DNA of 64,000 bases from Balanoglossus misakiensis. Taxonomy: Eukaryota > Animalia > Hemichordata. Where the stretch lies: positions 11,565,654 to 11,629,653 of the forward strand of contig CM082577.2 in NCBI GenBank assembly GCA_040954595.2, in the 5' to 3' direction. Numbering within the stretch: the stretch's first letter is position 1; every line of letters begins with the position of its first letter. Positions 1-12,770 of the stretch are shown in pieces. The position numbers and the translations under genes were made by a program. The notes beneath the pieces were generated by a model. The model saw nothing but the letters and a program-made list of their open reading frames with translations, was not told the origin of the DNA and made no database searches.

Positions 1-10
1 AGTATAGATC

Positions 11-263
11 TGAAATGCATGGATATTCTCCTCCGTTTTCAGTAATTACTGCATGGAATTATTTATTCAAGGATGATAGAAAATGCATGCTTTCTATCCG
101 TATATAGAATAGAGAACACTGATCATTAATCAAGTTACATTTTCTTGCTGATTGTTTTTCGAAGCCCACACTGATGTGCGATTTCACAATATTACAAATT
201 GAGAACCGTAAACACTGTCTGCGCTGTCTGATAATGAGAACGTGATAATCAGCCGGACAATGT
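11..263 (+). repeat. Paralogous copy of the sequence downstream of the last pentraxin exon; probable 3' UTR of an upstream paralog
   Basis: TGAAATGCATGGATATTCT...GATAGAAAATGCATGCTTTCTATCCGTATATAGAATA...GATAATGAGAACGTGATAATCAGCCG aligns with ~22227-22550. Confidence 0.75.
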
Positions 264-289
264 CACCATTCCTGTACAATTTTGTGCAT

Positions 290-792
290 TGTGATAATGT
301 TTCTTATTTGTTTTGTTTCGTGGCCAGGTGCAACTATGTTGATTTCTTTATTTAACATATTAGCGTGACCAGGTGTTAGGTTGCGGTCGTATAAAAGCCA
401 CCCAGTGCCACGTTGTCATTTTGATTCTGGTCTGGTAGCTGTGCCGTCGCCTTGGAGGAGTTTTGGGAGCTCACCGTACGGACTTTGAATGTCGACTGTG
501 GTAGCTGAAGATTGACACTACCGAAGGGACTTGGTGAAGCCGTGATGGATGTTTTCGAGGAAGGCGCGTGGAATTTGGGAGCCGTCCTGAGGGAGCGCGT
601 CTCCGTCTCACTGTGGAACTGCATTTGAGGTAATACGTGGCTGTCTTTAATTGTACCCAGAAAGGCCAGAATTGTTGTGCGTCGAGTGAAAGGCCAGTAT
701 CGTCGTGCGTCGAGTCACTGAACTGTTTGTGAAACTTTGAACTTGTAAAAGTAGATTCTGGTTTTGTCCCTCCTTTTCACCCAAGCTAGTGT
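290..792 (+). mobile_element. Truncated/solo LTR related to the LTRs at 40368 and 43241
   Basis: Starts TG. Shares ordered motifs with the 40368 LTR: GTG(G/A)CCAGGTG, TTTCTTTATTT, GTGACCAGGTGT, GTATAAAAGCC, TGCCAC(G/A)TTGT and GCTAGTGT. Confidence 0.55.
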
Positions 793-905
793 CTTTTCCC
801 GATCTCCGACACTGATAATGGTCGCCGCCATCTTCTCTGTTGTTAGGACAGAGCACTGCCTTATGGGATTGGCTGTTCACTAAACGTCTGTAACCAGCGG
901 CTACA
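790..905 (-). repeat. Dispersed repeat fragment shared with ~46685-46796 (+)
   Basis: Both copies read CATAAGG..GTG...TCCTAACAACA...TGGCGGCGACCA...TGTCGGAGATCGGGAAAA. Confidence 0.55.
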
Positions 906-1681
906 GTTGGAACATGCATGTGAGACGAGCTACCCGGTTTAAATGGACCATTCTGAGTTACAAAAAATAATGAAAACTCAAACATGTTTATTTTTTGTTT
1001 GGCACAAGATGAGGTTATATTGCCCCCATTAAAACAGATTTTTTACAGGGGGTATTAGAAAGGGCGTTAAATTCCATTTGCCAACTTCAAAGTAATGCGG
1101 CTCGCTTATATAAGAACCTAGGTTACTGAAGCGATCAACTTGAATAGGCAGGCCTGTGGCAAACTTTAAACACCCTTTTAAATCCCATGGTTCCGTGAAA
1201 GCAAGCATATTTGCATGGCTTGCAATAACCTAAGGACAGCGGGGAAAAGAATACGTTCAAAATGGTATGGCTTTCTGCGCTGTCTGATAATGAAATCTTG
1301 ATCGTCAGACAAAATGTCGAAATTTCTATACAGCTTTGTGCATAAACAATCTTTCATATTGCCGTCGAATTGAATTTTCAATGCATCCACGTTCAGTACA
1401 CTATCAAACACAATGGTCGATGTGTTCAGATTAAATGCACATACAAAAATATTTTCTTACCAGCAGAGAGGATAAAGTTCTTGTCGTATAGTGGAGAATA
1501 AAAACGACGGAACTTCTGCGTTGTGAGAACATTGCAGTGACTCAACAACGGCAGTGTGTCATGTGACCGTGGCGGCAATTACAATGATTATCAAACAAAT
1601 GGCTGCAACTTGATGTCACATTTCTGGTGTTAATTTGAAACACAAAATGGCCTGGGAATTGTTGACTGGTTTTGTGCCATG

Positions 1682-1792
1682 TAGATTTTAATATTCGGTC
1701 ATGTGCGGGCGCTCCGGCAAGTCTTAGTCCCTTTAGTCTTAGGTCTTAGGCGGTGAGCCAGAGCGCCCGCACAGGACTGAATCTTTCAGTCT
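1682..1792. mobile_element. Short palindromic MITE-like element
   Basis: TAGA...GTGCGGGCGCTC and GAGCGCCCGCAC...TCTA form inverted arms. A related right arm lies near 17740-17773. Confidence 0.5.
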
Positions 1793-2351
1793 AATCCACT
1801 TGGTAATCATCACCCTAACATCAGGCAATGAAAGTTATATTTTGTTTTTATATTTTATATTTTGCAATAGTTTCGACAATCGTCTACCAAAGATATTTCG
1901 TATAATTTCTCCAACAATGCTAACAGAGGACGCCTTTTGCCTTTCACATCAACCAACAAGTACCGGTCTCTTGATATGAAGATATGACAAATAATCACAC
2001 ATTGTCGAGAGTCGGTGACCCGGGTCATACTGACAGCTCAGCCAATCAGGCGATGATCAAAATCCTGACATCGGCCATTTTGTTTTACAAAGCTTTCAAT
2101 AGTATTTCCCCAGACCCTTTTCTGGAGAGCGTCGGAAGAGCAAAGGCGTCTGGGTAACCGAGACTGCCCTGTCACATGAACCTTACAAAGCCGGGTATAC
2201 CTAACCAACAAGGCAAAGTACATAACATACAAGGCTAATTGTGCAGCAGCAAACAAAGGCTCCTCAATAAACTACGTCTCCAGATTAACGATACACCTGT
2301 GCCTAAAATTCCACGACATAAACTACATGGATTAAAAAAAACACCTGTGAC

Positions 2352-5300
2352 ATTTAAACTTGCATCAAAATATGACACTATCCATAAATGATCACATCGA
2401 CAGCGAATAAATAAATTGGCATATTAAATCAGAGAGGCGGTAGACACATGAGTTTCCTTGGTACACCCAGGACAAGTTCTTTATTGAGAATAGAGACGGT
2501 CCATAATTGACTTAAGAACAGAACATTCTCCCAAGGTGTTAACGCATATTCACTGGATATATTCGGCTAACAGCATGACGTCAACGTCTGCCTTACCTCA
2601 GGCACTAGAGTCACCACAAACACGTTCTGCTTCCCCGCACCCTACGGCCATGTAGGCAATGCACAGCCCTGATGACAAAACAACAACATATTTTATAGAA
2701 TTCAATAGGATACTATAAATCTTGACATTTCCATAGAATTCTATAGCAAATGGGCCAACACTGTACATGTACATAACTGCTATATATTCCCATAGAAACT
2801 GTTTAATTATAATCATCATTGTATATGATGAGAATTCTTTATTTTTTTTTCAAGAATCTTCTTCGTAGCTTTGACGTCCGTTGTCATTTCCGAAACGGAT
2901 AAATTAAACACTAAACACAAATACAAGAAAATAAATCTTGTATGTATCTTTGCAAACCGTACCCCTGACAAGTGGAATCCACCAGTGCCATCCATTTCAT
3001 GTTGAATTTTCTACTCAACTCTGAGACTGCAAAATGTGACGACCTGCACGATGGACAATGTTTGTCTGTTTCGAAATATTTGGCAGGTGATATTTTGAGT
3101 ACAGCACGCATGCAAAATTTCCCAGTCCCAGAGGTTCTGCATTGGAGTATTGTTAGTAAAATGTCATTAAATTAAAATGTCATGTTGACATGATCATGTG
3201 GGTGGCTAACTCGTTGTAGTCTTGCAAAAAAGACGCCATCGGTTCACATACCATCATTTTGTCAAAGTCCTATTAATTAGATATTTCCAATGGAAACCTT
3301 TCCACCATTTACTTCAATGTAAACAATACTGGTATTTTTTTTTGGGGGGGGGGGGACACACTATGCTCTGTTCAGTATGTCAGGAATGGGATTACTTGCA
3401 CCGTAGTATTTAAATTGTCCAATCGCTGTAAGATGGCGGGATAGTGCAAACAGTGTTATTAAAAGATTTCAAGGGAAATAAAGTGAAATTTCACCATCGA
3501 ATATCATATCACGGAGTGTGTACTTGGAATCGGACAACAGTGTGGTAAGTTTTATCAGCGGAATTCACCCGACGTGCCAAGCTCAATGAAATGCGGGACC
3601 GTATGGAAAGCCGTGGTTAATTTGAGTGGAAGTATAGCGGAGCTGGCTTCTCAACATCTCCAGATGATCATCTTTAAATCATATACAAACAGTATCAAAA
3701 AGTTCCATTTTTTATAATTTTAAACTTTATGGTCGTTCCTAATATCCATCTCACGCTTTGCTGTAAAGATTTTTGACATGAGTACTGGTAACATTTTGAG
3801 AAACATAAATCACTTTGCGGGTATTTTCCAACACAGAAAAAAAAAACAATTACAGAGCGAGTAGACGGAAGTGTTGGGTGTTTTGTTGACCTTTAGTGAG
3901 AAATTCGGATGACTAACTTGAATGAATCCGTGGCCGTTCAACCACGGCTAGCGGCTGTCATAAACAGGAAAATACGTTAAAGTATAGATATGTCTGCGCG
4001 TGCGCATGTAGGATGTGACAAATAAGGCAGGGCGCACAATATCAGGTGACATTGCAATCATGACGAGCTTTCTGTTGGACTGCAGATGCATATGTGGCGA
4101 ATCCATGCTCAGAAATTGTACTATATTTTCCAAAAACTTCACACGAGGAAGATAAAATTGCCAAGAGTGGTGGGTTCATAAATCAGTAGTACATTATTCA
4201 ATACATGCTAGTTTTATTCCAGTGATAAACAACACATGACTATTCTTTACTATCAATCACGTGATCTTGCCATGTGACCCACGGCGTTGTCATTTCCAGA
4301 TGACGGGCAAGTAATATTTCGGCATCCAGTAAACGTTTTTTCCGAGTATGTTTTACTTTAAAAGCGCCAGACACGTAATATGTATCAGGAACGGTGCCTT
4401 AACAGCCCCATGGAGTTTCGTTTGCGCAGTCTTTGCCTGGACCACGTTGTTGAAGTTTCCCATCATCTGGAAATTTCATTCTCGCAAGCCAGAGCCGACC
4501 GTGTTTCCGCTCCGCGGAGCTACGCAAAAAACGGGCTCTGGCAGATTACAGTAGGGAACCCCGGAATTTAGGACGTAGACTAATGAATTATTCATGAGAA
4601 ACGACATTGGAATTAGCCAATCAGTAGTCGTTTTATCGCGAGCTCTTCGGCTGCTGTCAGCTTTAAATCCGCCATTTTGCACTGTCATTTAAATAAGTTA
4701 TGCAGTTTTATGAGACGGGCTCTCTGATTGGTTCCTTTGTCTGGCTGCTGGAACTGACGCTGGGATCCGCGAAAACCTTCCAAATCCACCACGGCCTGTT
4801 GGCGGTAGCGCGTAGCAGTTGCCGTAAACAGGTCGTGGTTTTACGACGATGGGAAATTTGAATGCTAACGTAACTGCCGCCTGGACAATTGAGGAAGCGT
4901 AATTTGAACGGGAAAAGACCACAAATGCAATCATAGATTATTTATTGTCATTTTCCGTGCAATTGATGACTATCCTGTCAAAATATGATACTATCCATAA
5001 ATGATCACATCGACAGCGAATAAATAAATTGGCATATTAAAGAATTCTATAGCAAATGGGCCAACACTAGTACATGTACATAACTGCTATATATGCCCAT
5101 AGAAACTCTTTAATTTAAACTTGCATCAAAATATGATACTATCCATAAATGATCACATTGACAGCGAATAAATAAATTGGCATATTAAATCAGAGAGGCG
5201 GTAGACACATGAGTTTCCTTGGTACACCCAGGACAAGTTCTTTATTGAGAATAGTGACGGTCCATAATTGACTTAAGGACAGAACATTCTCCCAAGGTGT

Positions 5301-8300
5301 TAACGCATATTCACTGGATATATTCGGCTAACAGCATGACGTCAAGGTCTGCCTTACCTCAGGCACTAGAGTCACCACAAACACGTTCTGCTTCCCCGCA
5401 CCCTACGGCCATGTAGGCAATGCACAGCCCTGATGACAAAACAACAACATATTTTATAGAATTCAATAGGATACTATAAATCTTGACATTTCCATAGAAT
5501 TCGATAGCAAATGGGCCAACACTGTACATGTAGATAACTGCTATATATTCCCATAGAAACTGTTTAATTATAATCATCATCATTTTATATGATGAGAATT
5601 CTTTATTTTTTTCAAGAATCTTCTACGTAGCTTTGACGTCCGTTGTCATTTCCGAAACGGATAAATTAAACACTAAACACAAATACAAGAAAATAAATCT
5701 TGTATGTATCTTTGCAAACCGTACCCCTGACAAGTGGAATCCACCAGTGCCATCCATTTCATGTTGAATTTTCTACTCAACTCTGAGACTGCAAAATGTG
5801 ACGACCTGCACGATGGACAATGTTTGTCTGTTTCGAAATATTTGGCAGGTGATATTTTGAGTACAGCACGCATGCAAAATTTCCCAGTCCCAGAGGTTCT
5901 GCATTGGAGTATTGTTAGTAAAATGTCATTAAATTAAAATGTCATGTTGACATGTTCATGTAGGTGGCTAACTCGTTGTAGTCTTGCAAAAAAAAATAAA
6001 CAAGACGCCATCGGTTCACATACCATCATTTTGTTAAAGTCCTATTAATTAGATATTTCCAATGGAAACCTTTCCACCATTTACTTCAATGTAAACAATA
6101 CTGTTTTTTGGGGGGGAACACGCTATGCTCTGTTCAGTATGTCAGGAATGGGATTACTTGCACCGTAGGTTTTTAAATTGTCCAATCGCTGTAAGATGGC
6201 GGGATAGTGCAAACAGTGTTATTAAAAGATTTCAAGGGAAATAAAGTGAAATTTCACCATCGAATATCATATCACGGAGTGTGTACTTGGAATCGGACAA
6301 CAGTGTGGTAAGTTTTATCAGCGGAATTCACCCGACGTGCCAAGCTCAATGAAATGCGGGACCGTATGGAAAGCCGTGGTTAATTTGAGTGGAAGTATAG
6401 CGGAGCTGGCTTCTCAACATCTCCAGATGATCATCTTTAAATCATATACAAACAGTATCAAAAAGTTCCATTTTTTATAATTTTAAACTTTATGGTCGTT
6501 CCTAATATCCATCTCACGCTTTGCTATAAAGATTTTTGACATGAGTACTGGTAACATTTTGAGAAACATAAATCACTTTGCGGGTATTTTCCAACACAGA
6601 AAAAAAAACAATTACAGAGCGAGTAGACGGAAGTGTTGGGTGTTTTGTTGACCTTTAGTGAGAAATTCGGATGACTAACTTGAATGAATCCGTGGCCGTT
6701 CAACCACGGCTAGCGGCTGTCATAAACAGGAAAATACGTTAAAGTATAGATATGTCTGCGCGTGCGCATGTAGGATGTGACAAATAAGGCAGGGCGCACA
6801 ATATCAGGTGACATTGCAATCATGACGAGCTTTCTGTTGGACTGCAGATGCATATGTGGCGAATCCATGCTCAGAAATTGTACTATATTTTCCAAAAACT
6901 TCACACGAGGAAGATAAAATTGCCAAGAGTGGTGGGTTCATAAATCAGTAGTACATTATTCAATACATGCTAGTTTTATTCCAGTGATAAACAACACATG
7001 ACTATTCTTTACTATCAATCACGTGATCTTGCCATGTGACCCACGGCGTTGTCATTTCCAGATGACGGGCAAGCAATATTTCGACATCCAGTAAAAGTTT
7101 TTTCCGAGTATGTTTTACTTTAAAAGCGCCAGACACGTAATATGTATCAGGAACGGTGCCTTAACAGCCCCATGGAGTTTCGTTTGCGCAGTCTTTGCCT
7201 GGACCACGTTGTTGAAGTTTCCCATCATCTGGAAATTTGAATGCTAACGTAACTGCCGCCTGGACAATTGAGGAAGCGTAATTTGAACGGGAAAAGACCA
7301 CAAATGCAATCATAGATTATTTATTGTCATTTTCCGTGCAATTGATGACTATCCTGCCAAAATATGATACTATCCATAAATGATCACATCGACAGCGAAT
7401 AAATAAATTGGCATATTAAAGAATTCTATAGCAAATGGGCCAACACTAGTACATGTACATAACTGCTATATATGCCCATAGAAACTCTTTAATTTAAACT
7501 TGCATCAAAATATGATACTATCCATAAATGATCACATTGACAGCGAATAAATAAATTGGCATATTAAATCAGAGAGGCGGTAGACACATGAGTTTCCTTG
7601 GTACACCCAGGACAAGTTCTTTATTGAGAATAGTGACGGTCCATAATTGACTTAAGGACAGAACATTCTCCCAAGGTGTTAACGCATATTCACTGGATAT
7701 ATTCGGCTAACAGCATGACGTCAAGGTCTGCCTTACCTCAGGCACTAGAGTCACCACAAACACGTTCTGCTTCCCCGCACCCTACGGCCATGTAGGCAAT
7801 GCACAGCCCTGATGACAAAACAACAACATATTTTATAGAATTCAATAGGATACTATAAATCTTGACATTTCCATAGAATTCGATAGCAAATGGGCCAACA
7901 CTGTACATGTAGATAACTGCTATATATTCCCATAGAAACTGTTTAATTATAATCATCATCATTTTATATGATGAGAATTCTTTATTTTTTTCAAGAATCT
8001 TCTACGTAGCTTTGACGTCCGTTGTCATTTCCGAAACGGATAAATTAAACACTAAACACAAATACAAGAAAATAAATCTTGTATGTATCTTTGCAAACCG
8101 TACCCCTGACAAGTGGAATCCACCAGTGCCATCCATTTCTACTCAACTCTGAGACTGCAAAATGTGACGACCTGCACGATGGACAATGTTTGTCTGTTTC
8201 GAAATATTTGGCAGGTGATATTTTGAGTACAGCACGCATGCAACATTTCCCAGTCCCAGAGGTTCTGCATTGGAGTATTGTTAGTAAAATGTCATTAAAT

Positions 8301-11300
8301 TAAAATGTCATGTTGACATGTTTATGTAGGTGGCTAACTCGTTGTAGTCTTGCAAAAAAAATAAACAAGACGCCATCGGTTCACATACCATCATTTTGTT
8401 AAAGTCCTATTAATTAGATATTTCCAATGGAAACCTTTCCACCATTTACTTCAATGTAAACAATACTGTTTTTTTTGGGGGGGAACACGCTATGCTCTGT
8501 TCAGTATGTCAGGAATTGGATTACTTGCACAGTAGGTTTTTAAATTGTCCAATCGCTGTAAGATGGCGGGATAGTGAAACAAAAGATTTCTAGGGAAATA
8601 AAGTGAAATTTCACCATCGAATATCATTTCACGGAGTGTGTACTTGGAATCGGACAACAGTGTGGTAAGTTTTATCAGCGGAATTCACCCGACGTGCCAA
8701 GCTCAATGAAATGAAATGCGGGGCCGTATGGAAAGCCGTGGTTATTTTGAGTGGAAGTATAGCGGAGCTGGCTTCTCAACATCTCCAGATGATCATCTAT
8801 AAATCATATACAAACAGTATCAAAAAGTTCCAGTTTTTTTAAATAATTTTAAACTTTATGAACGTTTGTAATGTCCATGACACGCTTTGCTGTAAAGATT
8901 TTTGACATGAGTACTAGTAACATTTTGAGAAATATAAATCATTTTGCGGGTATTTTCCAACACAGAAAAAAAAACAATTACAGACCGAGTAGACGGAAGT
9001 GTTGGGTGTTTTGTTGACCTTTAGTGAGAAATTCGGATGACTAACTTGAATGAATCCTTGGCCGTTCAACCACGGCTAGCGGCTGTCATAAACAGGAAAA
9101 TATGTTAAAGTATAGATATGTCTGCGCGTGCGCATGTAGGATGTGACAAATAAGGCAGGGCGCACAATATCAGGTGACATTGCAATCATGACGAGCTTTC
9201 TGTTGGACTGCAGATGCATATGTGGCGAATCCATGCTCAGAAATTGTACTATATTTTCCAAAATCTTCACACGAGGAAGATAAAATTGCCAAGAGTGGTG
9301 GGTTCATAAATCAGTAGTACATTATTCAATACATGCTAGTTTTATTCCAGTGATAAACAACACATGACTATTCTTTACTATCAATCACGTGATCTTGCTA
9401 TGTGACCCACGGCGTTGTCATTTCCAGATGACGGGCAAGCAATATTTCGACATCCAGTAAAAGTTTTTTCCGAGTATGTTTTACTTTAAAAGCGCCAAAC
9501 ACGTAATATGTATCAGGAACGGTGCCTTAACAGCCCCATGGATTTTCGTTTGCGCAGTCTTTGCCTGGACCACGTTGTTGAAGTTGCCCATCATCTGGAA
9601 ATTTGAATGCTAACGTAACTGCCGCCTGGACAATTGAGGAAGCGTAATTTGAACGGGAAAAGACCACAAATGCAATCATAGATTATTTATTGTCATTTTC
9701 CGTGCAATTGATGACTATCCTGTCAAAATATGATACTATCCATAAATGATCACATCGACAGCGAAATAAATTGGCATATTAAAGAATTCTATAGCAAATG
9801 GACCAACACTAGTACATGTACATAACTGCTATATATGCCCATAGAAACTCTTTAATTTAAACTTGCATCAAAATATGATGCTATCCATAAATGATCACAT
9901 CGACAGCGAATAAATAAATTGGCATATTAAAGAATTCTATAGCAAATGGGCCAACACTAGTACATGTACATAACTGCTATATATGCCCATACAAACTCTT
10001 TAATTTAAACTTGCATCAAAATATGATGCTATCCATAAATGATCACATCGACAGCGAATAAATAAATCGGCATATTAAATCAGAGAGGCGGTAGACACAT
10101 GAGTTTCCTTGGTACACCCAGGACAAGTTCTTTATTGAGAATAGTGACGGTCCATAATTGACTTAAGAACAGAACATTCTCCCAAGGTGTTAACGCATAT
10201 TCACTGGATATATTCGGCTAACAGCATGACGTCAACGTCTGCCTTACCTCAGGCACTATAGTCACCACAAACACGTTCTGCTTCCCCGCACCCTACGGCC
10301 ATGTACATGTAGGCAATGCACAGCCCTGATGACAAAACAACAACATATTTTATAGAATTCAATAGGATACTATAAATCTTGACATTTCCATAGAATTCTA
10401 TAGCAAATGGACCAACACTGTCATGATTGAATTCACCCGACGTGCCAAGCTCAATTAAATGCGGGGCCGTATGGAAAGCCGTGGTTAATTTGAGTGGAAG
10501 TATAGCGGAGCTGGCTTCTCAACATCTCCAGATGATCATCTATAAATCATATACAAACAGTATCAAAAAGTTCCAGTTTTTAAAAATAATTTTAAACTTT
10601 ATGGTCGTTTCTAATGTCCATCACACGCTTTGCTGTAAAGATTTTTGACATGAGTACTAGTAACATTTTGAGAAATATAAATCATTTTGCGGGTATTTTC
10701 CAACACAGAAAAAAAAACAATTACAGACCGAGTAGACGGAAGTGTTGGTTGTTTTGTTGACCTTTAGTGAGAAATGTAATGACTAATGAATCCGTGGCCG
10801 TTCAACCACGGCTAGCGGCTGTCATAAACAGGAAAATATGTTAAAGTATAGATATGTCTGCGCGTGCGCATGTAGGATGTGACAAATAAGGCAGGGCGCA
10901 CAATAACAGGCGACAATGCAATCATGACGAGCTTTCTGTTGGACTGCAGATGCATATGTGGCGAATCCATGCTCAGAAATTGTACTATATTTTCCAAAAA
11001 CTTCACACGAGGAAGATAAAATTGCCAAGAGTGGTGGGTTCATAAATCAGTAGTACATTATTCAATACATGCTGGCTTTATTCCAGTGATAAACAACACA
11101 TGACTATTCTTTACTATCAATCACGTGATCTTGCTATGTGACCCACGGCGTTGTCATTTCCAGATGACGGGCAAGCAATATTTCGACATCCAGTAAACGT
11201 TTTTTCCGAGTATGTTTTACTTTAAAAGCGCCAGACACGTAATATGTATCAGGAACGGTGCCTTAACAGCCCCATGGAGTTTCGTTTGGGCAGTCTTTGT

Positions 11301-11462
11301 CTGGACCACGTTGTTGAAGTTGCCCATCATCTGGAAATTTGAATGTTAACGTAACTGCCACCTGGACAATTGAGGAAGCGTAATTTGAACGGGAAAAGAC
11401 CACAAATGCAATCATAGATTATTTATTGTCATTTTCCGTGCAATTGATGACTATCCTGTCAA
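2352..11462. repeat. Tandem segmental array of four ~2.4-kb units; copy 4 is internally deleted
   Basis: Near-identical blocks start ~2352, ~5113, ~7492 and ~10003. The same short ORFs recur at 3948/6710/9076/10812. Copy 4 jumps at ~10427, losing ~0.8 kb. Confidence 0.95.
4477..4851. mobile_element. 375-bp non-autonomous TIR element with 8-bp TSD (hAT-like)
   Basis: GGAAATTT is duplicated at 4469-4476 and 4852-4859. Copies 2-4 have a single GGAAATTT (empty site). Imperfect termini CATTCTCGCAAGCCA / TGGTTTTACGACGATG. Confidence 0.85.
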
Positions 11463-12560
11463 GCGGACCTTCAGAACAAATCTATAAGTGTGTTTGAAAA
11501 GCATCGTTGATCAAAACACAGTTTTGTTTTGTTTTGTTTTTACAAAATTTGTAATTTACTTGAAAGTCAAAGAATACTGCATAATAAACTCCTAAGGTAC
11601 TCCTGGGCCACCTGTTTAAGCGTCGAGAATAAGGCAGGGGTCAAAATAATGAAAGTTGATTGGAGTGGGACAAAAAAGTCAATCGTTCATGTTGCGGGTA
11701 GTGTTGTCAGGATGATTGATTTATTTTCGCCCATGCAAAATGAGACCTTATGATGCGTTGAAAAGACAACGTGTTTTAAAATATTCAATATGCATGTAAT
11801 TAAGAATGGATGTAAAGGTCAATGCAAAGTAAAACTCTTTAAAACAACTGCTCTTCAACACACCCAGTTAGTATCACTCGGTACGGCGACAAAGTCTCTT
11901 GACAGTTCGACTTGCACCAGTTGGATGATAAACAGCGGCGGTATTAAACAAAGGTATGTTTCTTGAAGCTTTCACTATTCGACAGAGTTAGTTTCACACG
12001 CGTGTTGAACTACATTCAACGTATTAATGAAATGGACAGAATACTTTTTGAACAAAGTTGACAGTGATACTGTTTAAAAACCATCATGTGACATCAACCG
12101 GTGTGAGTATTTTGATACAATGCCTAATTGTCACAGAAATGGTCCATAAAAACCGAGAACTTTGCGATTGCAGAACTTTCGTTATATTTTAAACATCTTG
12201 ATTCCATTGGTCAGTCGGAAACTCTGTCCATTTTCCGCAGCCCCGGAAATTGCACCAAAAGGAACAGATATTGTTCTAATGTTAATGACGTAAATTTTCT
12301 GAAAGACGCATTTCTTTCGCTGTTAAACACAATCGACCGTGGTACGATGTCCTGAAAGTGTTCACGGCATCGAATTAGTTATTTAAACGGGGCATTTTTA
12401 AACACTGTCTAATTGTGTTGTTAAAAAAAAAAACATGCGCGCGATTTGGTTGAAAATATTTTATTACAGGGTCACACGTGTATGATTCCGATTATTGAGA
12501 TTATCTTAAAAACTTAATTTCAATAACAGTTTATCACATATTATTGCATTTCAGACAATC

Positions 12561-12770
12561 ATGATCACATCGCGATCCACAGCGATTTGGTTCTGCATGT
12601 TTGCACTACTTGTGGTGCAGATTACAGCTGCCAGCAAAAATAAGAGGAAGATTGAGGAAGAGCGAAGAATCCGTGCACTGCGTCCGAGTTTCGTCAAACG
12701 TGAACACCAAGCGCCACTGATTCACGCTGGAGACGAGAAGATAGACGAGGAATACATTGTAAAACTGAGG
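12561..12770 (+). CDS. First coding exon: signal peptide plus start of I9-like propeptide
   Basis: MITSRSTAIWFCMFALLVVQITA hydrophobic leader; APLIHAGDEKIDEEYIVKLR; acceptor TTTCAG before 12555 and donor GTTAGT. Confidence 0.75.

Noticed and set aside
1178-1545. Possible two-exon minus-strand coding relic
   Set aside because: A GTAAG donor near 1460 and a 77-aa ORF exist, but I could not assign any motif.
2598-11043. Recurrent short ORFs in the tandem array as a gene family, including a possible 45-nt minus-strand exon (GAGKQNVFVVTLVPE) at ~2598-2642
   Set aside because: No recognisable domain, frames are broken by indels between copies, and no partner exons could be joined.
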